A DNA stretch of 36,973 nt from an uncultured Methylophaga sp. (GCA_947631375.1 CANRLD010000001.1:1-36973), one strand, 5' to 3'. Shown: positions 8,013 to 17,685, counted from the stretch's first letter. Numbers and translations are program-made. Notes: a model not told the origin generated them from the letters alone.

Positions 8013-9419
8013 GTGGAACAGATAACTTATCCAGAAAGCTATCAAGACAGCGCGACTCAGGCTCTGAAAGTCCCGCCGCACTCAATAGAGGCCGAACAGT
8101 CGGTGCTGGGCGGGTTGATGCTCGACAATAATGCTTGGGAACAAGTGGCTGATTTGTTGGTTGAGCAGGATTTCTATCGTCACGATCACCAGCTTATTTT
8201 CCGCGGTATCGCCGAGCTGATGGAGCAATCCAATCCTGTGGATGTCATTACCTTGGCGGAATGGCACGATCAGCGCGGTGAACTGGATAAAGTTGGGGAA
8301 GTCGCTTATTTAGGCGCACTGGCCCGAAATACGCCCAGTGCCGCCAACATTACAGCTTATGCCGCTATTGTGCGCGAGCGCTCCATTCTGCGACAACTTA
8401 TTAAAATCGGTAATGACATTGCCAACATGGCGTTTACGCCTGATGGTCGTAGTAGCGAAGAAATGCTGGATATGGCTGAACGTAAAGTATTTGCCATTGC
8501 CGAAAAGGGTGCCAAACGTGGCGGTGGCTTTGTTCAGGTCAAAGATGTGCTGAGCGATGTCGTTGATCGTATCGATACATTGTTTGAACAAGACAGCCCG
8601 ATTACCGGCCTGCCCACTGGCTTTGCTGACTTTGATGAACAAACCTCAGGATTGCAGGCATCGGATCTGATTATTGTCGCTGGTAGACCTTCAATGGGGA
8701 AAACCACTTTTGCGATGAATATCGCTGAAAATGCCGCGATTCACAGTAAAAAACCGGTTGCTGTATTCAGTATGGAGATGCCCGCTGATTCGCTTGCCAT
8801 GCGTATGTTGTCGTCGCTGGGACGTATTGATCAGCATCGGTTGCGTACTGGTCGGCTGAATGATGATGATTGGCCAAGGTTGACCTCGGCAATTGCATTA
8901 TTGAATGAAGCTCCCTTGTTTATTGATGATACGCCGGCATTATCGCCGACTGAATTGCGTGCCCGTGCCAGACGTCTTAAACGTGAGCATGGCTTGAGTT
9001 TGATAGTGATTGACTACCTGCAATTGATGCAAGGCAGTGGCAAAGCAAATGAAAACCGGGCGACGGAAATTTCTGAGATTTCCCGATCGTTAAAAGCGCT
9101 GGCCAAAGAGCTTGATGTGCCATTAATCGCGCTTTCCCAGTTAAATCGCAGTCTGGAGCAACGGCCAAATAAACGACCAGTGATGTCTGATTTACGTGAG
9201 TCCGGAGCAATCGAGCAGGATGCCGACATTATCGTCTTCATCTATCGGGATGAGGTGTACAACGCGGACTCTCCTGACAAAGGCAAGGCGGAGATTATTG
9301 TCGGCAAACAGCGTAACGGTCCGATCGGAACGGTGGCGTTAACCTTCCAGGGGAAATACACGCGGTTTGAAAATTTTGCTCCAGCTTACTATCACGATTA
9401 CGGTGATGACGAGCCGTGA
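8013..9419 (+). CDS. dnaB: Replicative DNA helicase
   Basis: PPHSIEAEQSVLGG, Walker A GRPSMGKT, IDYLQL, SQLNR, DLRESGAIEQDAD and KQRNGP. GTG start; no intein. Confidence 0.98.
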   Translation: MEQITYPESYQDSATQALKVPPHSIEAEQSVLGGLMLDNNAWEQVADLLVEQDFYRHDHQLIFRGIAELMEQSNPVDVITLAEWHDQRGELDKVGEVAYLGALARNTPSAANITAYAAIVRERSILRQLIKIGNDIANMAFTPDGRSSEEMLDMAERKVFAIAEKGAKRGGGFVQVKDVLSDVVDRIDTLFEQDSPITGLPTGFADFDEQTSGLQASDLIIVAGRPSMGKTTFAMNIAENAAIHSKKPVAVFSMEMPADSLAMRMLSSLGRIDQHRLRTGRLNDDDWPRLTSAIALLNEAPLFIDDTPALSPTELRARARRLKREHGLSLIVIDYLQLMQGSGKANENRATEISEISRSLKALAKELDVPLIALSQLNRSLEQRPNKRPVMSDLRESGAIEQDADIIVFIYRDEVYNADSPDKGKAEIIVGKQRNGPIGTVALTFQGKYTRFENFAPAYYHDYGDDEP

Positions 9420-10504
9420 GTCACTACCCGTTTGTCAGAATTGATCTGGCAGCACTGCAACACAACCTGCAGCAAGTACGGCGTTATGCGCCAGACAGCA
9501 AAGTGATGTCGGTTATTAAAGCCAATGCTTATGGGCATGGGGTTTTGCCGGCTGCCAAAGCGTTGCAACAGAGTGACGGCTTTGCTGTTGCAAGGTTAAG
9601 TGAAGCCTTGCTATTGCGTGAGAACGGCTATCGGCAACCCATTACAGTGTTTGAAGGTGTCAGCAGTGCTGAGCAATGGCGCCTAGCGGCAGAGCAGAAC
9701 TTGATGCCGGTAGTACATCAACAGCAGCATGTTGCTGCACTGTTACAGGCAAATCTTCAACAGCCGCTGCCAATGATCTGGTTGATGCTGGAAACCGGTA
9801 TGCATCGTCTAGGCTTACCCGACCAAACAGTACAACAGCTGATTACTCAGCTGAGATACCGGCAGGATGTAACGATGCAGCTGGGTTTGATGAGTCATTT
9901 TGCCAATGCGGATTTGTTTGGTGACCAGCGAAACCAGCAGCAGCTGGCAGTGATGCAGCAGCTGGCAGCATCCACTGGATTGGCTGTATGTATGGCAAAC
10001 TCCGCGGCCATTATGACGCTGCCAGAATCGCATTATGACTGGGTGAGACCGGGATTGATGCTTTATGGTGTGTCACCTTTTGCCGATAAAGGTGGCGCGG
10101 AACTTGGTTTAAAACCTGTGATGCAGCTGATATCCAAGTTAATCGCGACACAACAGCTGAAAACCGGCGATGAAGTTGGCTATGGCGGGCAATGGACAGC
10201 GCGCAAACCTACCAGAATGGGCGTGGTCAGCATCGGTTATGGAGATGGATACAGTCGCCACTTATCCAATGCGGGTGAAGTGCTGATCGGTGAGCAGCGT
10301 CTGCCTGTAATTGGTCGTGTGTCAATGGATACCCTTTGTGTGGATCTTGGTAATTGCCCACAGGCGCAGCTGGATGATGAGGTTATTATCTGGGGGACAG
10401 CAGATCTGACGGTGGAATGGCTGGCAGAGAAAGCAGGCACCATTCCTTATGAGCTGTTGACCGGTGTCGCGCCCAGGGTAAACAGGGAATATCAGGATGG
10501 CTAA
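9416..10504 (+). CDS. alr: Alanine racemase
   Basis: PLP lysine motif VIKANAYGHG, TGMHRLG, RPGLMLYG, GYGDGY, GRVSMD and TIPYEL. GTGA overlap with dnaB. Confidence 0.96.
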   Translation: MSHYPFVRIDLAALQHNLQQVRRYAPDSKVMSVIKANAYGHGVLPAAKALQQSDGFAVARLSEALLLRENGYRQPITVFEGVSSAEQWRLAAEQNLMPVVHQQQHVAALLQANLQQPLPMIWLMLETGMHRLGLPDQTVQQLITQLRYRQDVTMQLGLMSHFANADLFGDQRNQQQLAVMQQLAASTGLAVCMANSAAIMTLPESHYDWVRPGLMLYGVSPFADKGGAELGLKPVMQLISKLIATQQLKTGDEVGYGGQWTARKPTRMGVVSIGYGDGYSRHLSNAGEVLIGEQRLPVIGRVSMDTLCVDLGNCPQAQLDDEVIIWGTADLTVEWLAEKAGTIPYELLTGVAPRVNREYQDG

Positions 10505-11885
10505 AGCCAAACGTGTTTATGTGTGTCGGGAGTGTGGTGCACAGACGCCGCAATGGGCGGGCCGCTGTGCTGATTGCAGCGCCTGGAACAGTCTGGAAGA
10601 ATCTGTTCAGAGTAGTGCTAAACCATCGACTACGATACATAAACACACAGGTTATGCCGGTCAGCAACAAAATACCGTCCAGGCATTAAAGCAGATCACC
10701 TCAGAGCAGGCAGTGCGCTGGTCTACAGGGCTGCCTGAACTGGATCGCGTGTTGGGCGGTGGTCTGGTGACCGGTTCAGTTGTGTTGATCGGCGGTGATC
10801 CTGGCATTGGGAAGTCGACATTATTATTACAAGCCGTTGCAAGCATGGCGCAACGGAGTGGGATCAATCCACTTTATATCAGCGGTGAGGAATCGCTGCA
10901 GCAAATCAGGTTACGGGCCGAGCGTTTGCAACTGCAAGACGCATCAGTGGACTTGCTGGCGGAAACTCACGCTGAACAAATGATGTTGATAGCTCAACAA
11001 CGTCAGCCGCAGGTTATGGTGATTGACTCCATACAAACGGTGTTTACTGAATTATTGCAATCAGCGCCCGGTACCGTGGCACAAGTTCGTGAAAGTGCCG
11101 CGCAGTTGGTTCGCTTTGCCAAATCCAGCGGTATCACCATGATTCTGGTTGGCCATGTGACCAAGCAGGGCGCGCTGGCTGGTCCGCGGGTACTGGAGCA
11201 TATGGTTGATACTGTGCTGTATTTCGAGGGCGACAGTTCCACCCGATTCCGTATTTTACGCGCGGTGAAAAACCGCTTTGGTGCGGTCAATGAGTTGGGC
11301 GTGTTTGCGATGACCGAGCTGGGGCTAAAAGAAGTAAGCAATCCTTCAGCGATTTTTCTATCCCGGGGTGAGCAGGCGGTTCCTGGCAGCATGATTACGG
11401 TTATCCGTGAAGGCAGCAGACCGATGCTGGTTGAAGTACAGGCGCTGGTAGATGAAAGCCCATTGGGTAATCCGCGACGGGTGTCGGTCGGTTTGGAGCA
11501 AAACCGCCTGGCGATGCTGTTGGCTATATTACATCGTCATGGGGGAATTACTTGCCATGATCAGGATGTGTTTATCAATGTGGTCGGCGGCGTCAAACTA
11601 AGTGAAACAGGGGCGGACCTGGCAGTATTAACCGCGGTGATTTCCAGCCTGCGCAATAAAGCGATCCCTCAGGATTGGGTAGTATTTGGCGAGGTTGGAT
11701 TAACGGGTGAGATTCGGCCGGTACAAGCCGGTGAAGAGCGTATCCGTGATGCCAGCAAACATGGGTTTAAAGTCGCATTGGTGCCGGCAGCAAATGCGCC
11801 ACGTAAGACAATTGCAGGATTTAAGGTGATTGCTGTGCATCATTTGCAGCAGGCAATTGATGCGCTTAAAGAAGCCTGGTTGTAG
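10497..11885 (+). CDS. radA: DNA repair protein RadA/Sms
   Basis: C4 zinc finger, Walker A GDPGIGKS, KNRFG motif and Lon-like C-terminus. Confidence 0.98.
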   Translation: MAKAKRVYVCRECGAQTPQWAGRCADCSAWNSLEESVQSSAKPSTTIHKHTGYAGQQQNTVQALKQITSEQAVRWSTGLPELDRVLGGGLVTGSVVLIGGDPGIGKSTLLLQAVASMAQRSGINPLYISGEESLQQIRLRAERLQLQDASVDLLAETHAEQMMLIAQQRQPQVMVIDSIQTVFTELLQSAPGTVAQVRESAAQLVRFAKSSGITMILVGHVTKQGALAGPRVLEHMVDTVLYFEGDSSTRFRILRAVKNRFGAVNELGVFAMTELGLKEVSNPSAIFLSRGEQAVPGSMITVIREGSRPMLVEVQALVDESPLGNPRRVSVGLEQNRLAMLLAILHRHGGITCHDQDVFINVVGGVKLSETGADLAVLTAVISSLRNKAIPQDWVVFGEVGLTGEIRPVQAGEERIRDASKHGFKVALVPAANAPRKTIAGFKVIAVHHLQQAIDALKEAWL

Positions 11886-11892
11886 GCAACAG

Positions 11893-12279
11893 CTAATCCG
11901 GCCTGTCGAGTAAGGCCGATAACTCGCGGTGTAACAAACCTTCATCAGCAAGGTTCAACTCTATCAGTCGTTTCAAATGGGTGATGCTGTCAAGATCAAT
12001 CAACTGGCAATGAAAGCCGACGGTATGCCGGTTCATATGTGCGACAGTAGCTTGCATGTTAATGACAATCTGTCCGCTCTCTAGTAGCAGATCTACCTTG
12101 AAAACATCGTCAAGGTGACCGGACCAGTTATCCGGACAACGAATCAACAGGCCGTTAAGTGAGACATCAATAACCGGACAGTTGAGGTAGATATCACCCT
12201 GCTGTGCAAAAATATGTGCGTTGGCGGTAAATGGAACCCGGCTGAAAGATCGACGATTATCAGCTGAATGCGTCATCAT
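11893..12279 (-). CDS. Single-domain PilZ c-di-GMP receptor, MapZ/PA4608-like
   Basis: RRSFSR (RxxxR) and DVSLNG (DxSxxG) motifs, plus C-terminal IDLDSITHLKRLIELNL...LHRELSAL. AGGGAG SD supports ATG 12279 rather than 12366. Confidence 0.88.
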   Translation of the reverse strand: MMTHSADNRRSFSRVPFTANAHIFAQQGDIYLNCPVIDVSLNGLLIRCPDNWSGHLDDVFKVDLLLESGQIVINMQATVAHMNRHTVGFHCQLIDLDSITHLKRLIELNLADEGLLHRELSALLDRPD

Positions 12280-12342
12280 CGGCAGCACTCCCTGTTTATA
12301 TAGAGTTGATACTATCATTGTTTTATTGAAGGAGGCATAGCA

Positions 12343-12768
12343 ATGTTGTGGGTAAAAGCGTTTCATTTGATGGCTGTTGTGACCTGGTTTGCGGCCTTGT
12401 TTTATCTGCCCCGCTTATTTGTCTACCACGCCATGTGCGACGATGCGGCCGGCAGAGAGCGGTTTAAAATCATGGAACGCAAACTGTATCGGGGAATCAT
12501 GACGCCAAGTGCAGCGATGGTGTTGTTGCTTGGGATTTGGTTAATGCACTATTACTCGCTGGAACAGCTTAAAGCCATGCACTGGCTGCATGTAAAGTTG
12601 TTATTAGTGCTGTTTCTCTATGTTTATCATGGGGTGTGTGGCCGAATCGTCAAACGATTTGCGGTAGATAACAATCAGCGAAGTCATCAATTTTATCGCT
12701 GGTTTAATGAAGTGCCGGTGCTGATTTTGATTGCGGTGATCATTTTAGCCGTGGTCAAACCATTTTAA
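12343..12768 (+). CDS. hemJ: Protoporphyrinogen oxidase HemJ
   Basis: WVKAFH...WFA.LFYLPRLFVYH, MERKLY, WLHVKL, RWFNEVP and C-terminal VVKPF. AGGAGG SD. Confidence 0.93.
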   Translation: MLWVKAFHLMAVVTWFAALFYLPRLFVYHAMCDDAAGRERFKIMERKLYRGIMTPSAAMVLLLGIWLMHYYSLEQLKAMHWLHVKLLLVLFLYVYHGVCGRIVKRFAVDNNQRSHQFYRWFNEVPVLILIAVIILAVVKPF

Positions 12769-12798
12769 GCAACGCCCCACTGCTAAATGGGGCGTTGC
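12769..12798. terminator. Stem-loop between convergent hemJ and dolP
   Basis: GCAACGCCCCA-N8-TGGGGCGTTGC is a perfect 11-bp stem. U-tracts are weak or absent on both strands. Confidence 0.55.
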
Positions 12799-12814
12799 CG
12801 GATGGCTTGCAGGC

Positions 12815-13387
12815 TTAATCGATATATTCGAATATTTTCACTACTCGCAATACGCCGTTTGTTGAGCGCGTCGCAGCCACAGCATATTCTGCCTCAGCCT
12901 GAGTCACTTTGCCCATCAGGTAGACGATGCCGCGTTCGGTCACGACTTTTACAAAAAGAGGATCAACATTTTCATCTTTTGTCATTTTGGTTTTCACTTT
13001 CGTGGTGATCCAGCTATCACTGCTGCGTGACGTTAACGCACTAGGGCCTGAAATCGCTATTTCGTTAAACACCCGGCGTACTTTAGGAATATCTTTCACT
13101 AAATTCTCGGCTTTTTGTTTGAGTGCTTCAGTAGGTGTTTCGCCAGACAACAAGAGAAAACCATTGTAGCTGGTCACATTAATGTGGCTTTGGCTGTGAA
13201 TGTCTTTATCCTGAAAAAGAGCGTATTTTGCTTTTACTTCAATACTTTGGTCATCCAGAACTGCACCAGCTGTTCGTCGATCGTAAGCCACGGCTGCGGT
13301 TGTTGCTGCACCACCTACAACCGCAGCGGCACAGGCCTGCAGTAACATTACTGAGATCAGTAAAAAGACCACTCTGAATTGGTACAT
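12815..13387 (-). CDS. dolP: Dual-BON-domain outer membrane lipoprotein DolP/YraP
   Basis: Lipobox LQAC, DRRT..DD, DSWITTKVK and VVTE.G.VYLMG. GAGGA SD supports ATG 13387. Confidence 0.88.
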   Translation of the reverse strand: MYQFRVVFLLISVMLLQACAAAVVGGAATTAAVAYDRRTAGAVLDDQSIEVKAKYALFQDKDIHSQSHINVTSYNGFLLLSGETPTEALKQKAENLVKDIPKVRRVFNEIAISGPSALTSRSSDSWITTKVKTKMTKDENVDPLFVKVVTERGIVYLMGKVTQAEAEYAVAATRSTNGVLRVVKIFEYID

Positions 13388-13426
13388 GATTGTATTCCTC
13401 GAATGCATGATTGATAAAAATGTCAT

Positions 13427-13774
13427 TTAGGTTAATTGGAAAGCATCACGGATCCACACAATCTGCTCAGCTGTGATAGCAATGGCATCGAAGCGACAAT
13501 TATGCTGCGATCCTGACTGCATTAAATAGTGTTGGGCGGTAGTGATGATACGTGATTGTTTGCTTTTTGTAATACTTTCCAGCGCACTGCCATGATAGGC
13601 ATTACGCCGATAACGAACTTCAATAAATACCAGGGTTTGCCCATCGAGCATGATCAAATCAATTTCGCCCCGCCGACAATGATAATTACGCGTTATCAGC
13701 GTTAATCCTTGTTGTTGTAGGTAATCGCAGGCCAGTTGCTCCGCCTGCTTGCCAGACTGGAGGTGTTCAGCCAT
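13427..13774 (-). CDS. yraN: YraN/UPF0102 putative endonuclease
   Basis: G..AE..A..YL, RNY..RRGEIDLI, FIEVRYR and RFD motifs. Confidence 0.93.
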   Translation of the reverse strand: MAEHLQSGKQAEQLACDYLQQQGLTLITRNYHCRRGEIDLIMLDGQTLVFIEVRYRRNAYHGSALESITKSKQSRIITTAQHYLMQSGSQHNCRFDAIAITAEQIVWIRDAFQLT

Positions 13775-13780
13775 ATGCTG

Positions 13781-15640
13781 TCACTCGGTTGTTAATGGTG
13801 CAATCAGCCCGTTGCGAATGGTCGCGATCGGCATGGAACGTTCAATTTGTCCTTGCTCATTGACGGTTAACGTACCGGTCGCACCCTCATAACGCTCATC
13901 TGCTGAGCGACTCATGGCACTTAAATGCGGAATAATGCGATACGCATCAACCCCTAAGGCCGCTAAACGCATGAACGTCCCGATGTCGCCGGTTGCTTGC
14001 CGGGAGACAGCAGTATAGGCGGGATCTTGCCCGGACTGCTCGCTGAACATCCAGGGGATATCGGTGAAAATCAGACCATTTAAATCGATATCCTGTTGTG
14101 CATTGGCTTCCCCACCGTAAGCATGCGATGTTGCCAGAATCGGTAATTGACCTGAACGATGAAAGCGTAATTGTGTAACCAGCTGTCGCGCTTTCAGTGG
14201 TCTGCCTACCACAAACAGAAAATCGACATCCTGGCGTCTTCTGGGTTCAAACTCCAGTGATTGACCTAATACCCGGCGTAGCTCCTGATAACGTTGCTTG
14301 CTTCGCTCAACGCCGAGCAGTGGTGTCAGGATATGTGAATAATCACTCTCTGATTCATCATATACCGCACGACTGACAACTTGCCCCCCGAGACGTTGCC
14401 AGTCTTCATTGAAAGCTGAGACGACGCGATCGCCCCAGCTGTTACGAGGACTTAATACGATGGCGCGTTGATATCCCTGCTGATGGGCGAACTCTGCCTG
14501 CGTCCGAGCATCATCTTCGGGCGCCAGTGCAAACTGAAAAAAGTTTGCATGGGTGTTTTCATGTGAAATACGGTTTAGTGCCAGAATCGGAATGGGCAAA
14601 CTGGTTTGTGCGGCGAGCTGCTCGACAGCGGTTTTATCTAGTGGACCAATTACGATATTGGCCCCATCAGCAACAGCTTTTTCATATTGCGCCACAACGT
14701 TGCTGCTGTCTGGCGTATTCGCTGAACGGACATCATAAAACTGCAGGCGAAGATCAGAACGCGCTTGAAAATGTGCGGCGACAATGCCTTGGCGTATTGC
14801 TTGAGCTGCACTGGCCGTCGGGCCGGAGTTTGGCAATAAAACAGCAACCAGGTCCAATTGTTCCGGCAGTGCCAGAGGTGCTTTTACCAATTGTTTTAAC
14901 TGCTCCGCATTTGCCGGATGGTTGGGGTAACTGTATTCCCAGTCTTCTATCGCCACTTGCATCGCTTCAGGATTATTTTCGTAGGCTTTAACTGCGTAGG
15001 CTAGGGCAAACCAGCCGCTATCTTCTGCTGGTGGCTGGCCAGGGTTAAATAAATCCAGTGACTGTGGTGTCATTTTCATTAAGGCTTGCCAGAGCGCTAC
15101 GTGATTGGCTTCGCGATCTTGCTCTGGTAACAGACTGTCCAGTTTGATGTGAGCCAGTGACTTTTCCAGCCAGTTTTCGGTCAGATCATAGGCGGTAATT
15201 TGCAGTTCAATAATACGTTGGTGCTGCGCGCTGTTGGCGTTATCAAAATCGGCTTTAACCAAGTGGGCCAATGCCGTTGTGCCATTCAGATCCAGTATGG
15301 CAATTTCTGCACGTAATAAATGTGCTGTACGTTGTTCCCGAGAAGCGAGCTGTTCAATATTTGTTTCTGCAAGTAATGCCTCTGCCTGGGACAGGTTGCC
15401 CAGCTCATACTGCATCAGTGCTGCGCGGTATTGGTATGCTGCTTTGAGTGCACCTTCGGATTCGGCTGCTTGAGCAAGATATTGTTCAGCGGCCAAGGCA
15501 TAGTCGCCTTGTTTTTCTGCATCGGAAACCAGAGTCGCTGTATCGGGAGCGGCCGGTCTTGTGTCCAGGGATATTGGTTGGCAGGCAGATAAGGTCAGCA
15601 GTGCCAACAATATAAACAGAGCAGAAAATCGTTGCATCAT
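13781..15640 (-). CDS. lpoA: Penicillin-binding protein activator LpoA
   Basis: Lipobox LSAC, helical TPR-like N-domain, YPNHPA, AVLLP, IGPLDK, LAPEDDA, RRRQDVD, LGVDAY and GATG motifs. Synteny with yraN and rsmI. Confidence 0.9.
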   Translation of the reverse strand: MMQRFSALFILLALLTLSACQPISLDTRPAAPDTATLVSDAEKQGDYALAAEQYLAQAAESEGALKAAYQYRAALMQYELGNLSQAEALLAETNIEQLASREQRTAHLLRAEIAILDLNGTTALAHLVKADFDNANSAQHQRIIELQITAYDLTENWLEKSLAHIKLDSLLPEQDREANHVALWQALMKMTPQSLDLFNPGQPPAEDSGWFALAYAVKAYENNPEAMQVAIEDWEYSYPNHPANAEQLKQLVKAPLALPEQLDLVAVLLPNSGPTASAAQAIRQGIVAAHFQARSDLRLQFYDVRSANTPDSSNVVAQYEKAVADGANIVIGPLDKTAVEQLAAQTSLPIPILALNRISHENTHANFFQFALAPEDDARTQAEFAHQQGYQRAIVLSPRNSWGDRVVSAFNEDWQRLGGQVVSRAVYDESESDYSHILTPLLGVERSKQRYQELRRVLGQSLEFEPRRRQDVDFLFVVGRPLKARQLVTQLRFHRSGQLPILATSHAYGGEANAQQDIDLNGLIFTDIPWMFSEQSGQDPAYTAVSRQATGDIGTFMRLAALGVDAYRIIPHLSAMSRSADERYEGATGTLTVNEQGQIERSMPIATIRNGLIAPLTTE

Positions 15641-15730
15641 AAGCTACATCAAATGTGATTACGGAAGGTATCATCTTACCTGTTCGCGTATATTACGACC
15701 AGAATCAATCTGCAAAATCAGGATACAAAC

Positions 15731-16576
15731 GTGAAAGATGCTACTGCTGCACTTTATATTGTGGCCACTCCTATCGGTAATCTGGCGGATATCTCTGCAC
15801 GGGCGATTGAAGTCTTATCTTCGGTCGATTTGATTGCAGCTGAAGACACCCGGCACAGCAAGTTTCTGTTGCAGCATTACGCGATTTCTACGGCAACCAT
15901 TTCGCTGCATGAGCACAATGAACAGCAACGTAGTGAAATGTTGTTATCGCGAATTATGCAAGGCGAGTCCATCGCGTTGATTTCCGATGCCGGTACACCG
16001 TTAATCAGTGACCCGGGCTTTCGTTTGGTCACGATGGCGCGCGAACAAGCTATTAAGGTGATTCCGATCCCAGGTGCCTGCGCGGTGATCACGGCACTGT
16101 CTGCTTCCGGTTTATCTGCCGAGCGGTTTGCTTTTGAAGGATTTCTGCCACCGAAAGCTACTGCCAGACGGCAAGTATTAGAACGCTTGCAGCATGAAAC
16201 CCGGACGCTGATTTTTTATGAAAGTCCTAAACGCATTGTGGCCAGTTTGCAGGATATGCTGCTGGTGTTCGGCGGAGAACGTCGAGCCTGTCTGGCACGT
16301 GAGTTGACCAAAATGTTCGAAACATTGATAACGCTGCCCTTGGTTGAACTGGTAGAAGTAGTCAGCAATGATCCGAATCAGCAAAAAGGTGAAATCGTGT
16401 TGCTGATCGAAGGCCAAGCCAAAGTGGCTGACAGTGATGAGATGGAAGTGGAGCGGGTGTTACAGATTTTGCTGGCAGAAATGCCGCTCAAACAAGCGGC
16501 AACGCTTGCGGCTTCTATTCTCGGTATGAAGAAAAACAAAGCCTATGACATCGCGTTGAAACTTCAGCAAAAATAA
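15731..16576 (+). CDS. rsmI: 16S rRNA Cm1402 methyltransferase
   Basis: LYIVATPIGNL.D, AEDTR, SDAGTP.ISDPG, FEGFLP, YESP and RELTK motifs. GTG start. Confidence 0.96.
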   Translation: MKDATAALYIVATPIGNLADISARAIEVLSSVDLIAAEDTRHSKFLLQHYAISTATISLHEHNEQQRSEMLLSRIMQGESIALISDAGTPLISDPGFRLVTMAREQAIKVIPIPGACAVITALSASGLSAERFAFEGFLPPKATARRQVLERLQHETRTLIFYESPKRIVASLQDMLLVFGGERRACLARELTKMFETLITLPLVELVEVVSNDPNQQKGEIVLLIEGQAKVADSDEMEVERVLQILLAEMPLKQAATLAASILGMKKNKAYDIALKLQQK

Positions 16577-16600
16577 AGCTGCTCCGGTAAAATGGCACCT

Positions 16601-16951
<351 letters not shown>

Positions 16952-17138
16952 ACTTTTCCCTGTCACAAATCTGTGAAAAGAATAGCCAACGCTGAAATAC
17001 CTCATTTAGCTAGAATCTACTTTAACTTCCGATGCCAGTTTTTTGATAAGAAATAAGTCCTTAACCTCACCTTGATCCACTTTTGCAAAATGACGCTAAG
17101 TCATTGTCGCGAAAAGGGGATTTTCTTAATTTTGATGC

Positions 17139-17167
17139 TTGACTTCATTATGTCGCGCTCATATAGT
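17139..17167 (+). promoter_or_regulatory. sigma70 promoter of the dcw cluster (Pmra)
   Basis: TTGACT(17139-17144)-N17-TATAGT(17162-17167). Confidence 0.8.
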
Positions 17168-17200
17168 GTCGAAAAGTGGGGGAAAGTGGATCGTTGTGGA
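17166..17200 (+). promoter_or_regulatory. MraZ binding repeats
   Basis: GTGG at 17176, 17186 and 17196, plus GTGT at 17166. This is an exact 10-bp periodicity between the -10 and the mraZ start. Confidence 0.85.
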
Positions 17201-17222
17201 TCATTTGCTTTGAGGGCGAACT

Positions 17223-17675
17223 GTGTTTCGAGGTGTTGCAACATTTAATCTGGATGTCAAAGGACGGATGGCCATTCCAGCCAAGTTCCGTAAGCATCTT
17301 GATGTTTGTTGTGAGGGGCGACTGGTTATCACGATTGACCACTCAGATCACTGTTTGCAGCTTTACCCGTTGCCTGAATGGGAAACGGTTGAACAAAAGT
17401 TAGCTGCACTGCCGAGTCTGAATCCCCAGGTTCGCCGTTTGAAACGTATGTTGCTTGGTTATGCCACCGAGTGTGAGATGGATGGTAATGGTCGTATTTT
17501 ATTACCAGCCAAACTTAGAGAATTTGCAGGTTTAGATAAAAATATCGTGATGATTGGCCAGGGGAACAAGTTTGAACTGTGGGATGAGCAAACCTGGAAT
17601 ACATTAATGGACGAGTGTCTACAGGAAGATTTTGACGCAATACTGCCAGCTGAACTCGAAACATTGTCGATATAA
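17223..17675 (+). CDS. mraZ: Division/cell wall cluster transcriptional repressor
   Basis: MFRG, D.KGR..IP, DGNGRI..P and FELW motifs. GTG start. Confidence 0.97.
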   Translation: MFRGVATFNLDVKGRMAIPAKFRKHLDVCCEGRLVITIDHSDHCLQLYPLPEWETVEQKLAALPSLNPQVRRLKRMLLGYATECEMDGNGRILLPAKLREFAGLDKNIVMIGQGNKFELWDEQTWNTLMDECLQEDFDAILPAELETLSI

Positions 17676-17685
17676 AGGCGGAGTC

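Noticed and set aside
8027-8035. TTATCCAGA, a DnaA-box-like 9-mer at the start of dnaB
   Set aside because: It is a single one-mismatch copy inside coding sequence, which is expected by chance.
12306-12318. FNR site upstream of hemJ
   Set aside because: Half-site spacing is 3 rather than 4 nt, and the right half is imperfect. It is kept only as a palindrome.
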